From Eledone cirrhosa (lineage: Eukaryota), in NCBI GenBank assembly GCA_964016885.1, contig OZ024745.1:40796001-40860000 (forward strand): 64,000 nt of DNA, written 5' to 3'. Below the pieces are notes generated by a model. That model searched no databases, had not been told where the DNA came from, and saw only the letters and a list, made by a program, of their open reading frames with translations. Position 1 is the stretch's first letter; every line of letters begins with the position of its first letter. Shown in pieces: positions 29,296 to 43,443 of the stretch. Both the position numbers and the translations under genes were made by a program.

Positions 29296-30300
29296 TTATT
29301 CATTTAGCTTGGGTTGGAATTTATCAATAAAATTCTTTTCTTTGATTTTTCTCTTGATTTCATTTGGGCTGTGTAATTTGTAGAATGGAAATATTATAAA
29401 TATTTTTTGACCACATGTTGCGAGATGGTTACTCAGGGGTATCTGACAGACATTTGTGTCTCTGATCTGCTGTCGGTGCACCCGTGCACGTTCCGATAGT
29501 GCATTTCAAGTTTGACCGACATATAGTTCTTCACAATTCGGGCATTTAATGCAGCAAATTAGATTTCTGCTTTTGCAGTTCATATTTACATTTGGGAATA
29601 TTTTTCAAGTTTTTATGTTGATATATTGACCAGTGTGTATGGATTGACATGTGCCACATCTACTATCATTGCATTTAGATACAGTGAATGATTGGTCTCT
29701 GTTGTTATGGTCAAACTTTGCCGTTGTTAGTAATTGCTTCAAATTTTTCGCCTGTCTTTTACTAAGAGTCAAAGATCGGTCTGTGATTAAACCTTTTAAT
29801 TCATTACTTTGAGCCATGATCGGTAGGTTTGCTTTGGCAGTTATTCTGGTGACATGGTATGACCAGTTCTTGGTTTCTTCTTCCTTGGGTTGTCCTAAGT
29901 TGTATAGGTATTTTTATAGCCCGTTGTATGCCATTTTCAATAAGTAGAGATGGGTATCTTTGTTTGAGCAAACATTCCCTCAGTTCTGTTAGGGGTTTGT
30001 TGCTGGTATTCGTATCGTCTACAATGGTACAAATTATTCTGGCTAGGCAGTATGAGATGTTGCGTTTTGTATGAGGTGGAGGGCACGACTTAAAATTCAG
30101 ATATTGATGGGTGTCTGTGTGTTTATAATATATATCCGTGGTAATGGTGTGTCGTTTTTGATTACCATTATATCTAGGAATGGTAAATTGGTACTACTCA
30201 TCTCTTTTGTGAATTGGAGAGATGGGTGTAGGTTATTCAGGAGGATATTGAACTCATCCAGTGTATCTAGAGATTATGTCCAGATGATGAAACAGTCATC
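29296..30300 (-). pseudogene. Penelope-like element (Neptune-like) RT C-terminus, Cys-rich linker and GIY-YIG; 5'-truncated
   Basis: DDCFIIW, LHPSLQFT, LPFLDI, YYKHTDTHQYL, KCNDSRCGTC, NCKSRNLICCIKCPNCEELYVGQT, VHRQQI, FIDKFQPKLN. Confidence 0.88.
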
Positions 30301-30418
30301 TGTTCCAATGCGACCTGATTTTGCGTGTGTGTCATTTTAACGGCTTGACCGCATGCGTTGTGCAGGAAGCGAAATATTTACTTACTATAGGGTTTGCAAC
30401 CTTATGGTGTGGAAATAG

Positions 30419-30495
30419 GCTGTCTGAAGATTTATTTCCATTGGAAATTCTCTGGATTTCCAATCTTTTGGAATGATGAAACCGTCGGTAACAGC
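30419..30495 (+). ncRNA. Type I hammerhead ribozyme
   Basis: GCTGT CTGAAGA tttatTTCCA...TGGAAtgat GAAA CCGTCGG TA ACAGC. Confidence 0.8.
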
Positions 30496-30567
30496 ATTGG
30501 AACAGGTGATTATTTAAATCGTTTTTTAATTTATTTAGAGAATTGTTTGATAACCGCTTGCTTCGCT

Positions 30568-30683
<116 letters not shown>

Positions 30684-30742
30684 TGAATGTATGTGTGTAT
30701 ATGTGTGTGTGAGCGTATGTGTTGTTATTGTAAGGGAAATAT

Positions 30743-30925
30743 GGTTGTGAATTGGCAGTATCGGTAGAGAGTCGCACGCCATGCTTTCCAGCATAGTTAC
30801 GTCCCTTTACGGTCTGAGTTCAAATTCCGCCGCGGTTCACTTTGCCTGTCATATTACGGGGTCGATAAAATTGACTGCCAGTAATGTACTGTGTAATTGC
30901 TGGCCTTGTACCAACAGTAGAAACA
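30743..30925 (+). mobile_element. tRNA-derived SINE with 19-bp TSD
   Basis: SINE consensus motifs; TSD GTTATTGTAAGGGAAATAT at 30724-30742 and 30926-30944. Confidence 0.92.
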
Positions 30926-30947
30926 GTTATTGTAAGGGAAATATATG

Positions 30948-30999
<52 letters not shown>

Positions 31000-31001
<2 letters not shown>

Positions 31002-31190
31002 GAAAGAGAGATATATTTTAATTTTAATTATATCTCATATAAAATAATACAACTGGCTTTCCACAAAATACATATAGTTAGCACCCGAAACACAAAATTG
31101 GGATTATACTTACGTATATCCTAATGTTTGTTGAGTGAGATGGTTACCAGTCAGAGTTTAGCTTAAAGCTTCCTCTGTTATTGTATTAAA
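31000..31190 (+). mobile_element. Family B copy lacking the HHR, starting at the predicted cleavage site
   Basis: Homologous to 48104-48292. Confidence 0.75.
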
Positions 31191-31734
31191 TATATATATA
31201 TATATATATATATTCCCCTTACACTAATTTTTATTGTTTTATATTGTTTACAATTTACACACATATATAAATAATTCAGTATATTAATACAATCATTTTA
31301 ATAGAGACCGTTTTTTTCCCCTGCAAACGTAAAATCCTTCTCCGGATATTTTCACCGGATGATTGCTTCTTAAAGACATATAAATATATATTATAATAAA
31401 TTAATTACTCTTAAGAACCCATCTACATATATATGTTATAATTAAATGCCTTTACGCACATGTTTAAATGCTGCTTAATTTGTTTTAATTTTAATTTAAT
31501 CGCAAGCATATTTTAATCAATAATTTTAATTGCATACATCTACTTTTGACATGCAACTACGCGTAAACATTTCTGAATGGATTAATTACTATATTCTCCT
31601 TCAGTGCATCCATTCTGCATAAAACGTTCTCTATCCTTTTAAGGAACGTTTTGTAATAGTGATGTTTCGGTTGTTTCGGCATCCAATACAAACTTAGATT
31701 TTTAAATATTTTCTGCATATATATATATATATAT

Positions 31735-31865
31735 TTATTAAATTAACAGATTAAAGTTTAAGCAAAGAATCGCTGTTTTCACCCTTAACGGGATCTTTTG
31801 AAACTAAATATATATTTATCCTTATCGAGCCCTCTTTGGATTTTAGTCTTCAAATTTATTATTAT

Positions 31866-31868
<3 letters not shown>
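31735..31868 (-). repeat. Family G short element between (TA)n tracts
   Basis: Reverse-complement homologue at about 54915-55090. Confidence 0.75.
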
Positions 31869-31918
<50 letters not shown>

Positions 31919-31924
<6 letters not shown>

Positions 31925-32432
31925 TGTAATAAACAACATAAGATAACTATTTAATTCACCAGTGGTTTCTTGAAAGCAAACACATCTGTTTCAGTCATCA
32001 GAATGAAAAGATTCTGATGTTTTTATTGAATGTCGATTTGAAAACAAAAATATAAGGAATATGAAAGAGAGGCTGAAGCAAGAAGAAAAAAAGATAATAA
32101 ATATATAAGTATATAAACACATACACACACACAGATATATATTTATATGTATATATACACATAAATATACATACACATACACATAAGTACACAAACACAC
32201 ACATATATATATATACACATACATATATATATACAAATACATATATTCAAATCCACATTCAATAAAAACACCAGGATTTTTTCATTCTGATGACTGAAAG
32301 CAGATTTGTTTGCTTTCAAGAAACCACTGGTAAAGAAAATAATTATCTTATGTTGTTTATTACATAACTATTAAGCTCTGTAACTTACAAAGAGCTCTCT
32401 TTTTTCCTGGACCATTCCGACGAAATTACTTC

Positions 32433-32436
<4 letters not shown>
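31919..32436. mobile_element. Inverted-repeat element with an HHR in both arms
   Basis: 31919-32043 is the reverse complement of about 32245-32371; tail 32372-32436. Confidence 0.82.
32279..32339 (+). ncRNA. Type I hammerhead ribozyme; mirror copy at 31950-32007 on minus
   Basis: TTTTCATT CTGATGA c TGAAAGCA-gatttgtt-TGCTTTCA a GAAA CCACTGG TA AAGAAAA. Confidence 0.78.
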
Positions 32437-32492
<56 letters not shown>

Positions 32493-32667
32493 ATAGAATA
32501 TAAAAGAAAAACGAACACAGACATATACATATATGTGTTCAAATCGTAAGGGACCGGATTCCCTAAGGTGAAAAGAATACTAACTATAGTTAATTGGGTT
32601 TCCTTGTCTCAATTTAAGAAAACATTAAGAAAATAAATACAAACCGGAATTGTGGTAACTACCAATT

Positions 32668-32739
32668 ACCCAGACAAATTGTTGTTGTTTTGCAATGTTA
32701 ATTGTGAATAGAATTACCAATTCAAGCTCATCAGTGGGT
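32668..32739 (-). ncRNA. Hammerhead motif with GAAA mutated to AAAA
   Basis: Minus strand: ACCCA CTGATGA GC...GC aAAA CAA..TTG TC TGGGT. Confidence 0.6.
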
Positions 32740-33825
32740 GATGAATTAGTATCCTAGACACTTCTAAATATATTAAGAAACTGAATAGTGTGCTATATAT
32801 AATAACGCGCATGGCATCCTAGCGCGTCTCACAAACTTACACCACTAGAAATAGCAGCCAGGTTTTTTCGACATTTGAAATAGCTCAGCAAATTAACGGA
32901 GCCGAATATATCAAAGGTATATATTGAGTTAGAGCTATTTTGTTGTAAGAGACTATTTTGAGTTCCTAACTCAATATATACCTTTGATATGTATACATAT
33001 ATATAAAAGAAACACGATTTCGCTTCAAACATAGCTTTATACAATATGTATAAATATTTCGTATCTCCAAAGAAATACGGTTTTAGGAAGCCGTAGCTAT
33101 GCAAACACCGGGGGGCTAATGCCCTTTGGTGATGTCCAGCAGAAGCAAGGGGGACAACCGGTTGCCCCCCTTGATGAATTAAAAATATAAATTAAAATAT
33201 GCTAACCATCCAATAATAACTATTACACCTGGACCTGCTGAAATTAGATTATGCTTCACCACAAAAAGTGAAGATTACATATTGTAGAGGGCTTGTCAAC
33301 AGGTGGACTACAATATGGTCCGCTCTTCTACAAATATATCAGATAACTAAAAAACGTACATGGTGTACAGAGAAGAAACGCGCGTTATATAGTCCATGAT
33401 GGTGTGAATGGATCAAAGACCGCTAAAAGCAACAGCTCAGAACCATTCAACTTAAGAAGCTCTACTTACATATAGAAATGAATTAGGAGCCAATATATCA
33501 AATTAAAATACCTATTAAAGACCCATGTTAATTCCCCTGTGGTTTTTTATCCCCTATAATTAAATACATACCTCTATGTGTACTTCTCTTTATATACTGA
33601 TATATAAAGAGCGCGAAATCTCTCCCTTCAGCTCATTACATTTTAAGGGATTAAATATATATATATTAATTAATTAGAGTATGTGTTAGTTTATATTCAC
33701 ACTTTCGTATGAACTATAGTGCATGAGACGGAATTTCTGTGCAAGAAGGGGAGGGGGAATTTCGCGTTTCCTATTTAAGATTGGTAAATCAGATTTGATT
33801 ATTACGATACATTGTGAGGCAAATG

Positions 33826-34034
33826 TTATACTTAAGGTTACCTGTCTTGCATGCTTCGACAACATTCAACATATCCCAGTTTTTAGGATATACTCTGAAG
33901 CAAAGATTATATTTAAGGTTACCTCTCTTGCATGCATCGATAACCTTCAACATATCCCAGTTTATTAGGATATACTCTGAAGCAAAGATTATATTTAAGA
34001 TTACCTGTCTTGCATGCCTCGACATATCCCAGTT
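33826..34034. repeat. Tandem repeat, unit of about 81 bp, 2.6 copies
   Basis: ttata.ttaag.ttacct.tcttgcatgc units start at 33826, 33907 and 33989. Confidence 0.85.
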
Positions 34035-36639
34035 AAGGGAATACTCAATATTAAAATGTGAAAAGGACAAAGGAAATAGAGTTTGTTTTTCTTTCTTAAA
34101 GGAATAGAGATGCATGTAGTAATTATAAAGCCAGAAAGATCGGCCAGGAGGCGTTTTTCTTATATGGTATCAGTCTTTATACCATATGAATAATTACGTG
34201 ATTAATTCATTCATTTGTTCGTTAGTATATCTCTCTTAATCGAAACGTTGATAGAAATAAATGGTTTTACCTAAGTAACGGCATTGCTTATTCCTTCTGA
34301 ATTGAGTACATCATTATATATATATACATATTAGACCCATCTTCCTAACCTCATATACATACACATACAAAATTAGAGAAAGGAAAATTCTAGAGAGAGA
34401 GAGATTACTTAAAGTAACTGGACAATAGGTAGCACATATATGTATATATATTCTCTTATTGGTTTTAGTAACATCCATTTCCTCGCTACAATAAATGTTA
34501 CCATAAAATTGCTGTACATTTTTTAATGAATATCACAATATCAATTGACATTGTTGCAATACATTGAATTTACAGCTTTTCATATCTCGGAAATATATTA
34601 AATCTTATAAATTTTCGATTAATCTATCGTATAAAAGCAAATAAAATAGAATATAAAAACATAATAAAAACGATCCCTGACAAACCTTTCCGACGGCTGT
34701 ATATATAGATTCCATTTAAATCATTCCATTTCTTTACAGTTTTTATCTTCAATAAATACTTTGTAATGTAACATAGGACATTCCTGTTTCAAATCTCTAC
34801 TAATAGATTTGTCGCTGCATATGTGTTAAAGAGGGAACAGCTCATTTCATCACCTGAGAAACCGAATGTCATATTTCGTGAGCAACATATGCATCCTGCT
34901 CAGTTACAATTCAAATTGTACACAAATCCAAAGTCCCCCAAAAGGCATACATTTTACATGCCATATGTCATAATACACCTAACAAGATCTGAAAGTGGAA
35001 CCTCGATCATTGGTATAGCAGGATGGTTCATGCTGTTTGATTGCAAGCAGATTCCAGCAAGCTTTCAGCAACAGTGAAAACGACTTATTTCGGCCATGAC
35101 TAGTTATGGGGCATGCACCCATATCTGACTAACCATGTTTCCGCCAGCCTCTGTGACACAAGCCTTATCATATTGTTTTGTGGAAAACCAACAGATGCCT
35201 GGGCATGCAAATAACACCACTCTACAACACTTAGGTGGTCAACAGGAAAAGAAAATGCCAATGCCCCAAAGCTTAGCATCAACTTCTAAATAACTCATAT
35301 TTTCCACTTGATAAAATGTTTTTCTCGTTGATGTAATCCCCTGTAAGAAAATAACTCAGGATGTTGTAAACATGTCATTTAACGGTAATAGGCACACGTG
35401 TTCACAAACATTTTAATAAACAACAATTAAAATACCTACACAACAGTGACAACAACAAAATCAATAATAGACTTTATGTTTTGCTAGAACATGAAGTCAT
35501 ATAACGAAAGCAATCGACTCCATGTTCATCCGGAAATCATTATCGTAAACCTTTCTTCTCTCGACTACATTAACTTAGCGATCAAATGGTTATTAGCAAT
35601 GCCAGTCTTGTCTGATTCAATGTTACATACTTTGAAAGAAGGTTGAACATAACCATTTATCTATAGAGCGCTATTAATATGAGTTGTGTTAATACGTACC
35701 TAATGGGAATATCTCAAGGACTTGTGTGATAAATCCTTAATTGATATTTTCACATGATGTATTTACAACTAACGAAGTGAGCAGGCACAACTAGAAATAT
35801 ACAAACTGCGACTTGATTGCTTGGAATGGATTTCAGTTGTTAGTTTAACGCTTGTATATCATGTTATGATTACAACTTAATTTATCTTCGTATCCTTCGC
35901 CCTGTCACCAACTCAGCCAACACTATTAAATCTAGTATATAATTTACTCTTCTGCATTAGGATTTTCGATGCAATTAATCAAGTTTTGATAAGCTGGTTG
36001 GAATTGCATGCTTTAGAAATCTCTTATTCTGTTAACGCGTAATCCAGTGGGAATGTTAGAACAAGGTGTGAGCTCACACTAAGTTTGGACTTCTATTATG
36101 TCACTAATATCTACAGGATATCCACAAACGCTAAACACTTTAATTAAACTATTCACTCGTTTATACTTCGTCACCAAAAATATATTCTGTAGGATTGCGG
36201 GGTCGAAGACATGAATTCTGTTATTATCTCAATGATGGATCTTATATTGGTTTTGAAAATGAACATCTTGTGTTCAGATCAACTGAATGTCATACTCATG
36301 AAATTAAAACATAAGTGACTGAGAATTGGACTGATGTGCTCACTCAACTTAATCATCAAGGCAAGAGGGTGTGATACAATGTTTATTCTACGTATGTGAA
36401 TCAAAGATTTACAATTATTGAACCAGACTTTGAAAGACTACGATTAATGTTTTTTTAAATGATGCAATGGACGTCGGTGAATTTCGCTGATGGGTGTTCA
36501 AGTTGTGGGAACAACAGAACAATCTACTCATGAAATTAACGTGCAGATGGTTGAGTGTTCTTCAAGCATGTGTCTTAATAATATAGTTCTGAATGACATT
36601 CAATGTGGCACAACACGTGAGAATACACGTCTAGGTAAG

Positions 36640-38200
36640 GCCCATGTTTTTAGGTCTTCCTCCACATACTTTAACCAGATCTTGCCGGCTCTGACTTATA
36701 ATCTACGCCCAATTTCTTCTGTCTATTTGAGTGGTGCCCTCGCTGGTGCTTTCATGGATATGCGTAGCATATGGCCAAACATCTTCCACAGTAGTTTGGT
36801 GATATTTCGCAGATTATTTGACCGGGTCCATTTCATAACCTCCTCATTGTGATGCAATCCCGCCAAGAAATCATATGTATAGACCTGAAATGAAATTTAT
36901 CTAAGCCATTTCACGGATATGTAGGTCCTACATCTGTTTTACCATGTGTCTCAAGCATATGTCATCCTTGGAAAATCGATTGATGTATGCAGACGGTGCT
37001 TTGTGATTTGGCTTATTCAGAATTTGGAACACATAAGCTTCAGGCACTGAAAAACAGTATCAGCGTTGTTCAGTCTCTTTTACACATCATATATTGAGTT
37101 GCCATCTTTAGAAGGAATGACGTGCAGGTACGTCCAGGTGTCAACTGTTTCTAGAATATGACCCTCCAACCAGAATAATTCTGTTGTTCCCCTACCCAAT
37201 AAGCATCACGTTGGTCATTTCAACGTCGGTATTAATACTAATCTCCAAGCTGTTTTTACTATTGAGCTCTGTAAGTTTTCCTTGTCTCCATTTGAACCCC
37301 ATCCCTAAACCTCAAAATGAGGAAATCCCCTACAAATAGAAACAAAAAGGAACAGTACACATCCACATCGCACCGCTATAATAGCATCGAAACACTCCGT
37401 ATTTTCTTATTGGATTCTGATGTTACAGCGCCTTTTCCAGTAGTGTAGAGAGACATAGCGGGTGGAGCGGAACAATCTTTCAGAAAGACTCTCTGGGCAG
37501 ACTGTTGGATGCCTTCTTAGATTCAAGGAATTGACCAAAAACGGCTGCTTGAATCCATGGTATTTTGTAGCCTGAAGATGTGTTCGCTATACGATATTCC
37601 ACACATTATTCCGCTCTGTTCTCGTAGATGTTCATCAACTGCCTTCTTCAGCTGAGCTAGAATAACACTGCAAAAGCGTTGTCATTTAAAAGCTGCACAG
37701 CTATATCCCACAAGTTGTTTCAGTCACATAAAGCTCAGTTTATGAGTAATATTATCACTCATGACCCTAAAGTTTAACAAGTTATTCGTGTCAAAGTTAG
37801 TTGTAAAGAGGTCTTAAGTGTCCTGTGTTGACATTCCCAAGTTTACGTAACTCTGTAGTTAGCTTGTCTAGCCCTGATTCTTTCTTTAAGCATCGAATGT
37901 TTTTATGACTTCTTCATTGAGAGTCCTTCCTTTGTCACCTACATGGGTTCAACGAAATGACCCCCGCCCCCGGTTAGAATCGAAGAGGTCGACGGGATTC
38001 GGAGGATTGAGGACTTCCTGAAAATGGTCTATCAAGGTGACTGATTGTTCCTCTTTTGCTAACAACACCCAACCATCTTTACATTTAATTCTTAAACAAG
38101 AAACACTATTTTCCCTTGGTAGCTCTTCGATTATTTTTGGACAGAGGTTTAGTATCATTGCTCAGCGCAGATTTTCTACCGTTTCTTTTCAGAGGAAACC
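36640..38200 (-). pseudogene. Highly decayed RTE-like LINE remnant
   Basis: WKMFGHMLR and GRP near the 3' end; WTYL, HGFKQP and LIDHFQEVLN fragments upstream. Confidence 0.5.
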
Positions 38201-39401
38201 ATATCCTATTGCCTCTTCTAGAACTCCGCGTGTCATATCCTGTCCTAGAACATAATCTGGCAGATGGAAGTTTATGCTGGAAGCTAAACAAATAAACACA
38301 GTAAAGACTGTGCAGTTCCATGCAAGGGAGTCTCTGAACAGCCATAACTGTCCACTAGAACACTTGAAGTGTTTAAAAATAACTTTAAAGCTTCAAAAGG
38401 TGAGTCTGATCAGCAAAGAAAGCTGGCGCATTTCCAGCATGTGTCTCTAATCAAATGCGGACAAGAAATGGCAACAACAGGGAACGATATATTTCCGTAT
38501 CGTCGTGGCGTCTGATTGACATGAGGAAAGACAGAAAGTCCAAGTGGGATCAGACACAGACTTTCAGTACAAGGAAACAATAAAACACTTTAATTATCAA
38601 TGGCATGTTTGAAATATTCAGGAATGGGATTTTCTTCAAACTAAACGTGAAACCATTTCAGTTTATTAATGGCTAAGATTTCAATTACCATAAAATAGGC
38701 GACCTAATGAAATATTTGATATACCGTATATATTTCGAATTGCAATGAGCACAAGTAGATCGTGCTTTAATTTCTTACTCATCAGCTTCCAGCTATAAAA
38801 TTGAAACTAATCACCAGTCCACAATTTTTGAACAGGACATATTACAATATCAAATGTATATCATCGCATGGGAGAGGGAACTGATTATCTTTATGACGAA
38901 AACGAAATATGCTACTACATAGCATGAATTCAACATTAATATATCCATTTCAAACATTCTATTACAGCTTATGCCAAGGTTTGCTGTACAAAGAATATAA
39001 GTTTTATTTATATTCTCTTTAAATAATCTGCAATAATATAGTCATTATTTTCCCCATCTACTTACTGATTTGAGTGAATAATGATAAGAATAAACAAATC
39101 TGTTTTAAACTTACACAAATTGAAGCTATACCAACCTACTTCTTGGACTCCTTTTTGGTAATTATTATTATCGTTTCACTGAATTAGTAGAGTTTTGTAC
39201 AAAATACCTTACGATATTTAAATAATATATTTTATCTCGTGCTTTCAATCCTCCTTGAGCTCACCTTTAAATTTAATCCGTCCTAGGATAAATGTTATAA
39301 AAGTGCCAATGAAGTAATGTTAGCTACTATATTCCAATGATCCCGTCCTCCACATATTCAGTCGTATACCTACAAAATGGCTTACGGTAATAATATTTAA
39401 T

Positions 39402-39568
39402 TGTTTCTACTTTTTGGCACAAGGCCAGCAATTACCGAGTGCATTACTGGTACTTTATTTTATCGACCCCGTAAGGTTGAAAGGCAAATTCAACCTCAGC
39501 AGGATTTGAACTCAGATCCTTAAGGGACGTAACTATGCTGGAAAGCATGGCATCCGACCCTCTACCGA
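39402..39568 (-). mobile_element. tRNA-derived SINE
   Basis: Reverse complement of the SINE consensus; TSD ataatatttaat. Confidence 0.9.
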
Positions 39569-41362
39569 ATAATATTTAATGAGAGATAATCAGTAATGAC
39601 GCCGATTATAAAATATTTTATACAAGGTGGTTCACAACAAATACAATTAAATGTTTGCCTTGTTTAGTTACATTTATTTAATCTGCGACGCATGGACGAA
39701 AGAGATAGCGCGTAGGACAAAATTCCGTGGTATTTGTTACGGCAGTGTGCGTTCGGAGTTCAAATTCCGCCGAAGTATCTCATCTTCCCAGCGTCAATGG
39801 AATAAATTACCTGCCTAGGCCGGTGTTTTGGCAGAATGTTTAGAGCGGCGAAAGATATCTTGCGATAGCTCTTCGAGATCATTGCGTTCTGAATTCAAAT
39901 TCCCATTAACGTTACAAACTTGCGATTGGGTACATTATGCGAACTGCATTCTCTTGCAAACGTTTCGCCACGTCTGCTATTTGTCGTTATGAAAAGTCTC
40001 ATTGTTTCTGAATAGTAGCTAGATACTGCTTTTCCTAATCGACAAAACAGTGAACAAAATATAGCGTTGGAAACGAATATTAAATGTCTGCTCCTTAATA
40101 GAAGTAAAGTACTGCGGCGTATTGAATCAACTACAGGTCTCCTCTTAGCCATCAAACATGTGTACCGGCAATTAAATTAGAAATCAATAACTAAAATATG
40201 TTAATGTTTAACAAAAAAATATATTTATATATTTGGACACCATTTTCCCGTAAGATAGATTGCTTTACATTTCAAAAATGCATGAAGAATCTTAAATGCA
40301 TTAGTTGATGTTTCCCCTTAAGGAAAAATATTTCTAGTATTTACATTTTTCCTCGTAATTCATTTCTATATAATGAAAAAAAAAATGTTGATTATATCAA
40401 ACAGATTATTGACAATTCAATTTCCTATTTTTAAACGAATAAATATTTATTCATGAAATTAAGGTAGCTGAATAAAACCATTTTAAGAATTCAACTAAAT
40501 CTGCATATTGTAAAATATTAATTAAGAAAAATGCGAGAAATAAATAATAATATTACAATAACAATAATTATGAATATTTGACTTACTTTTTATGTTTTAT
40601 TTTTTCCTTTCTTATTCCATAACATGTATGGCATTTAATGGATTTGCATTTCGGATTGAAATAGAATGTTAAGCATTTATTAGTTTTCTTTAAATCGATT
40701 AAAATCAGGTTTTATTGCGGCAATGTTGTAGATCACAGAGCCAGTAATATGCCTGTGCTACATGAAGTACACAGGGTTACTATAAAAGATATGTAGTGTT
40801 GTTTATACATGGTTGCTTCACTTAAAAGTATGTATCTGATCAAACAAACAGAGAACAAGAAGGAGTATGCAAAGTCGTTTGACTTGCTAGAGGTACAAGC
40901 CAAATATCCCACATATATTGACTTTGAAGAAAGATTGGATACTCATTGCTGCAACAAGTTTTATCATTGGTCGAATTTGCTCTACGTATCAACACCAGTC
41001 GAATACTTTGTATCAAAGTCTTTTATGCGAAACGTTTTTGCTTACATTATTTTAATGTTTTACTGATTTCACCATTGTATATTACTGGTTACCCACACCT
41101 TTAACTGAGAAAATTGTGAAGATTTAAAACAACAAAATGAAACATTTGAAATTGTTAGTCTTCAGAAACTAAAGCAGGCACGCAGTAAGTGAAGTATATA
41201 GGTCTTGATTAGTAATCATCAGGTTTTGTGAAATCTAAAATTGGGTTGTGATATTGTGTGATTTTCAAAAGTTTTATTTTCTTACCAACGAAGGGACAGC
41301 AAAATATTCATGTTCGATGATAGCTATATGTCAAAAACATCGGCATTAAATTACATACTATA

Positions 41363-41548
41363 GGCGGTGGATTGGCAGTATCGGTAGAGGGTCGGACGCC
41401 ATGCTTTGACGCATAGAGTTACGGCCCGTGCCATTCTGAGTTCAAATCCCGCCGTGGTTAACTTTGCCTTTCATCCTTATGGGGTCGATAAAATAAAGTA
41501 CCAGTAATACACTGGGTAATTGCTGGCCTTGTGCCAAAAGTAGAAACA
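41363..41548 (+). mobile_element. Full-length tRNA-derived SINE with TSD of about 18 bp
   Basis: GGCGGTGGATTGGCAGTATCGG...GAGTTCAAATCC...AGTAGAAACA; TSD attaaat[t/g]acatactata. Confidence 0.93.
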
Positions 41549-42094
41549 ATTAAATGACATACTATATTTATTCGTCTTCTTTAAAGTTCAGCGTTAATTT
41601 CACTAGTGTCGAATTTGACATCTATTCCTCCTGAATCTAATCAACATAGGTATTGCCTAATATAACCACGATTAATTATCCACTCCTAAGATCTTCTTGT
41701 AAATTTCTCGGGAAAGTATACAGACAAGTAATTTAAAGAACCTAATCCCGGGAAACTAACTATAACACCCTTCTTCCTCAGTTATTTGTTCCTTGTGTCA
41801 CTGCTGCTCTGAAATATGCTGTTTGTCTCACTAGTGCACTCTATGTTGTTTGAGTCATTAGTGCACTGTTATATGATTTTGTTGTTATAGTCACTATCAT
41901 AAGTAGTCCCTCCCTTCGGTCATGACTGATCATGGATTTTCGCCTGTAGATTTCCTTTACAATCAGCACGACTGTGTACGACATGTTGTTATAACAATCT
42001 GGCACCCATGCACGTAAGGCTACTCACTCCATATAATCAATGTTGTCCAAGGGAAACGCAAATACCGAAACATCTTGGCATCAGTGTCGACGCA

Positions 42095-42222
42095 ATTATA
42101 TTTTACAGCTGAGTGGAGTAGGTGAATGTGAAATAAAGTATTTGCTCTAGGACACAACGCAACATCCGGTCGGAGAAGAGAACTCACGCTCTAACAATCT
42201 AACCATTAAGTCACACGCGTCT
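42095..42222 (-). mobile_element. Second SINE family (tRNA head, CORE-like central segment), diverged
   Basis: Reverse-complement similarity to 61854-62000 (tgtgtcct.gagcaa, ccactcagct). Confidence 0.55.
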
Positions 42223-43412
42223 ATAAGAGTACTACACAACGATAATTCAATGTTATTTAGAATTCTATGTTCTTGTAGAAGTCTATCTTGTTTTAAACGT
42301 ATGTTTAATTAATTGAGAAACAGGAAAGACGACCTCTTTAGATACACGCTATTAATACTTTTTCCTGCAACGCAACCGTCAACAGAACACTTGCTTTCTT
42401 GTTTTTAACTAATATTGCTAAATAGTAATTGTTTTGGTGGTTCTTTTAAACAGGTGTTTTGATATAACTTTTCCAAATGATTCGATATATCCATTGTTAA
42501 CGATTGGCAGCTTCGTATATCATGAATTTATTGAACGATAGAGAGTTTTAAGTTTCGAAAAGAGTCGACTTTTATTCACGCTTGATTCTGGTTCTCTTGC
42601 CAATGCGCTTATGAACATTTCTATTCACATCCGTTTGAATTTTAGATTTAGTTCATGACAGGTTTTTAATTTTAGAATGCTCAAAATATTGTTTATTGAT
42701 CGAAGGATTTATATCAAAAACCTCATTAAATATTCTATCGTCTATTTGTGGAAATATTTTCAGAGTCATATCAGATGCCCATTGAGTCTTTCTCTCTTTC
42801 CCACCTATTTTCTGTCTCTATCTCTCTCTCTTTTTGTGGTAACGAAAATTGTCCGTATATCGTCATACAAATCCTGAAGAACGTCATTTATACCACGATT
42901 CCTTATAAAAATCGAATCACTATCGATTTAATTGAACAGTAAATACATTTTCTATTAATTATGATACTTCATTCAGATATCAATAATCTCCAACAACGCT
43001 AATGATGCATTAATTCCTAACAGCTCATTATTCATTGACTTTATCTTGTTACCAAAATGATATTAGCATTTATAAATGACTAGTTGAATATTAGTCTCTT
43101 TTCTAATTGCAGAATGAGAATACACACAACAATGTTCTTTAGGAGAGTGAATTTGGGTATTTTCGATATTCACCCATTAGTTGGGTAGCAACGGGTGATA
43201 GCTTCAATCGAAAACGGAAACCCATCGAATACGACAAACGACATGAAGCTGGCCGCTTTCTACTCAAGAAATGTCACTCCTGATTACACATTAATCCCGC
43301 AATAGGGCAACATACTGTTGCAAATATATGGAGTGCTCATTGGATAATTTACTTCTAAATATGTTCTGAAATTCGAGAGTAGGAAGAGTTAATACATAGC
43401 CATAATAAATCA

Positions 43413-43443
<31 letters not shown>

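Noticed and set aside
34823-41066. Short ORFs at 34823, 35100, 36490 and 40809 as possible host exons
   Set aside because: No recognisable domain or consistent splice pattern; cannot be supported without homology search
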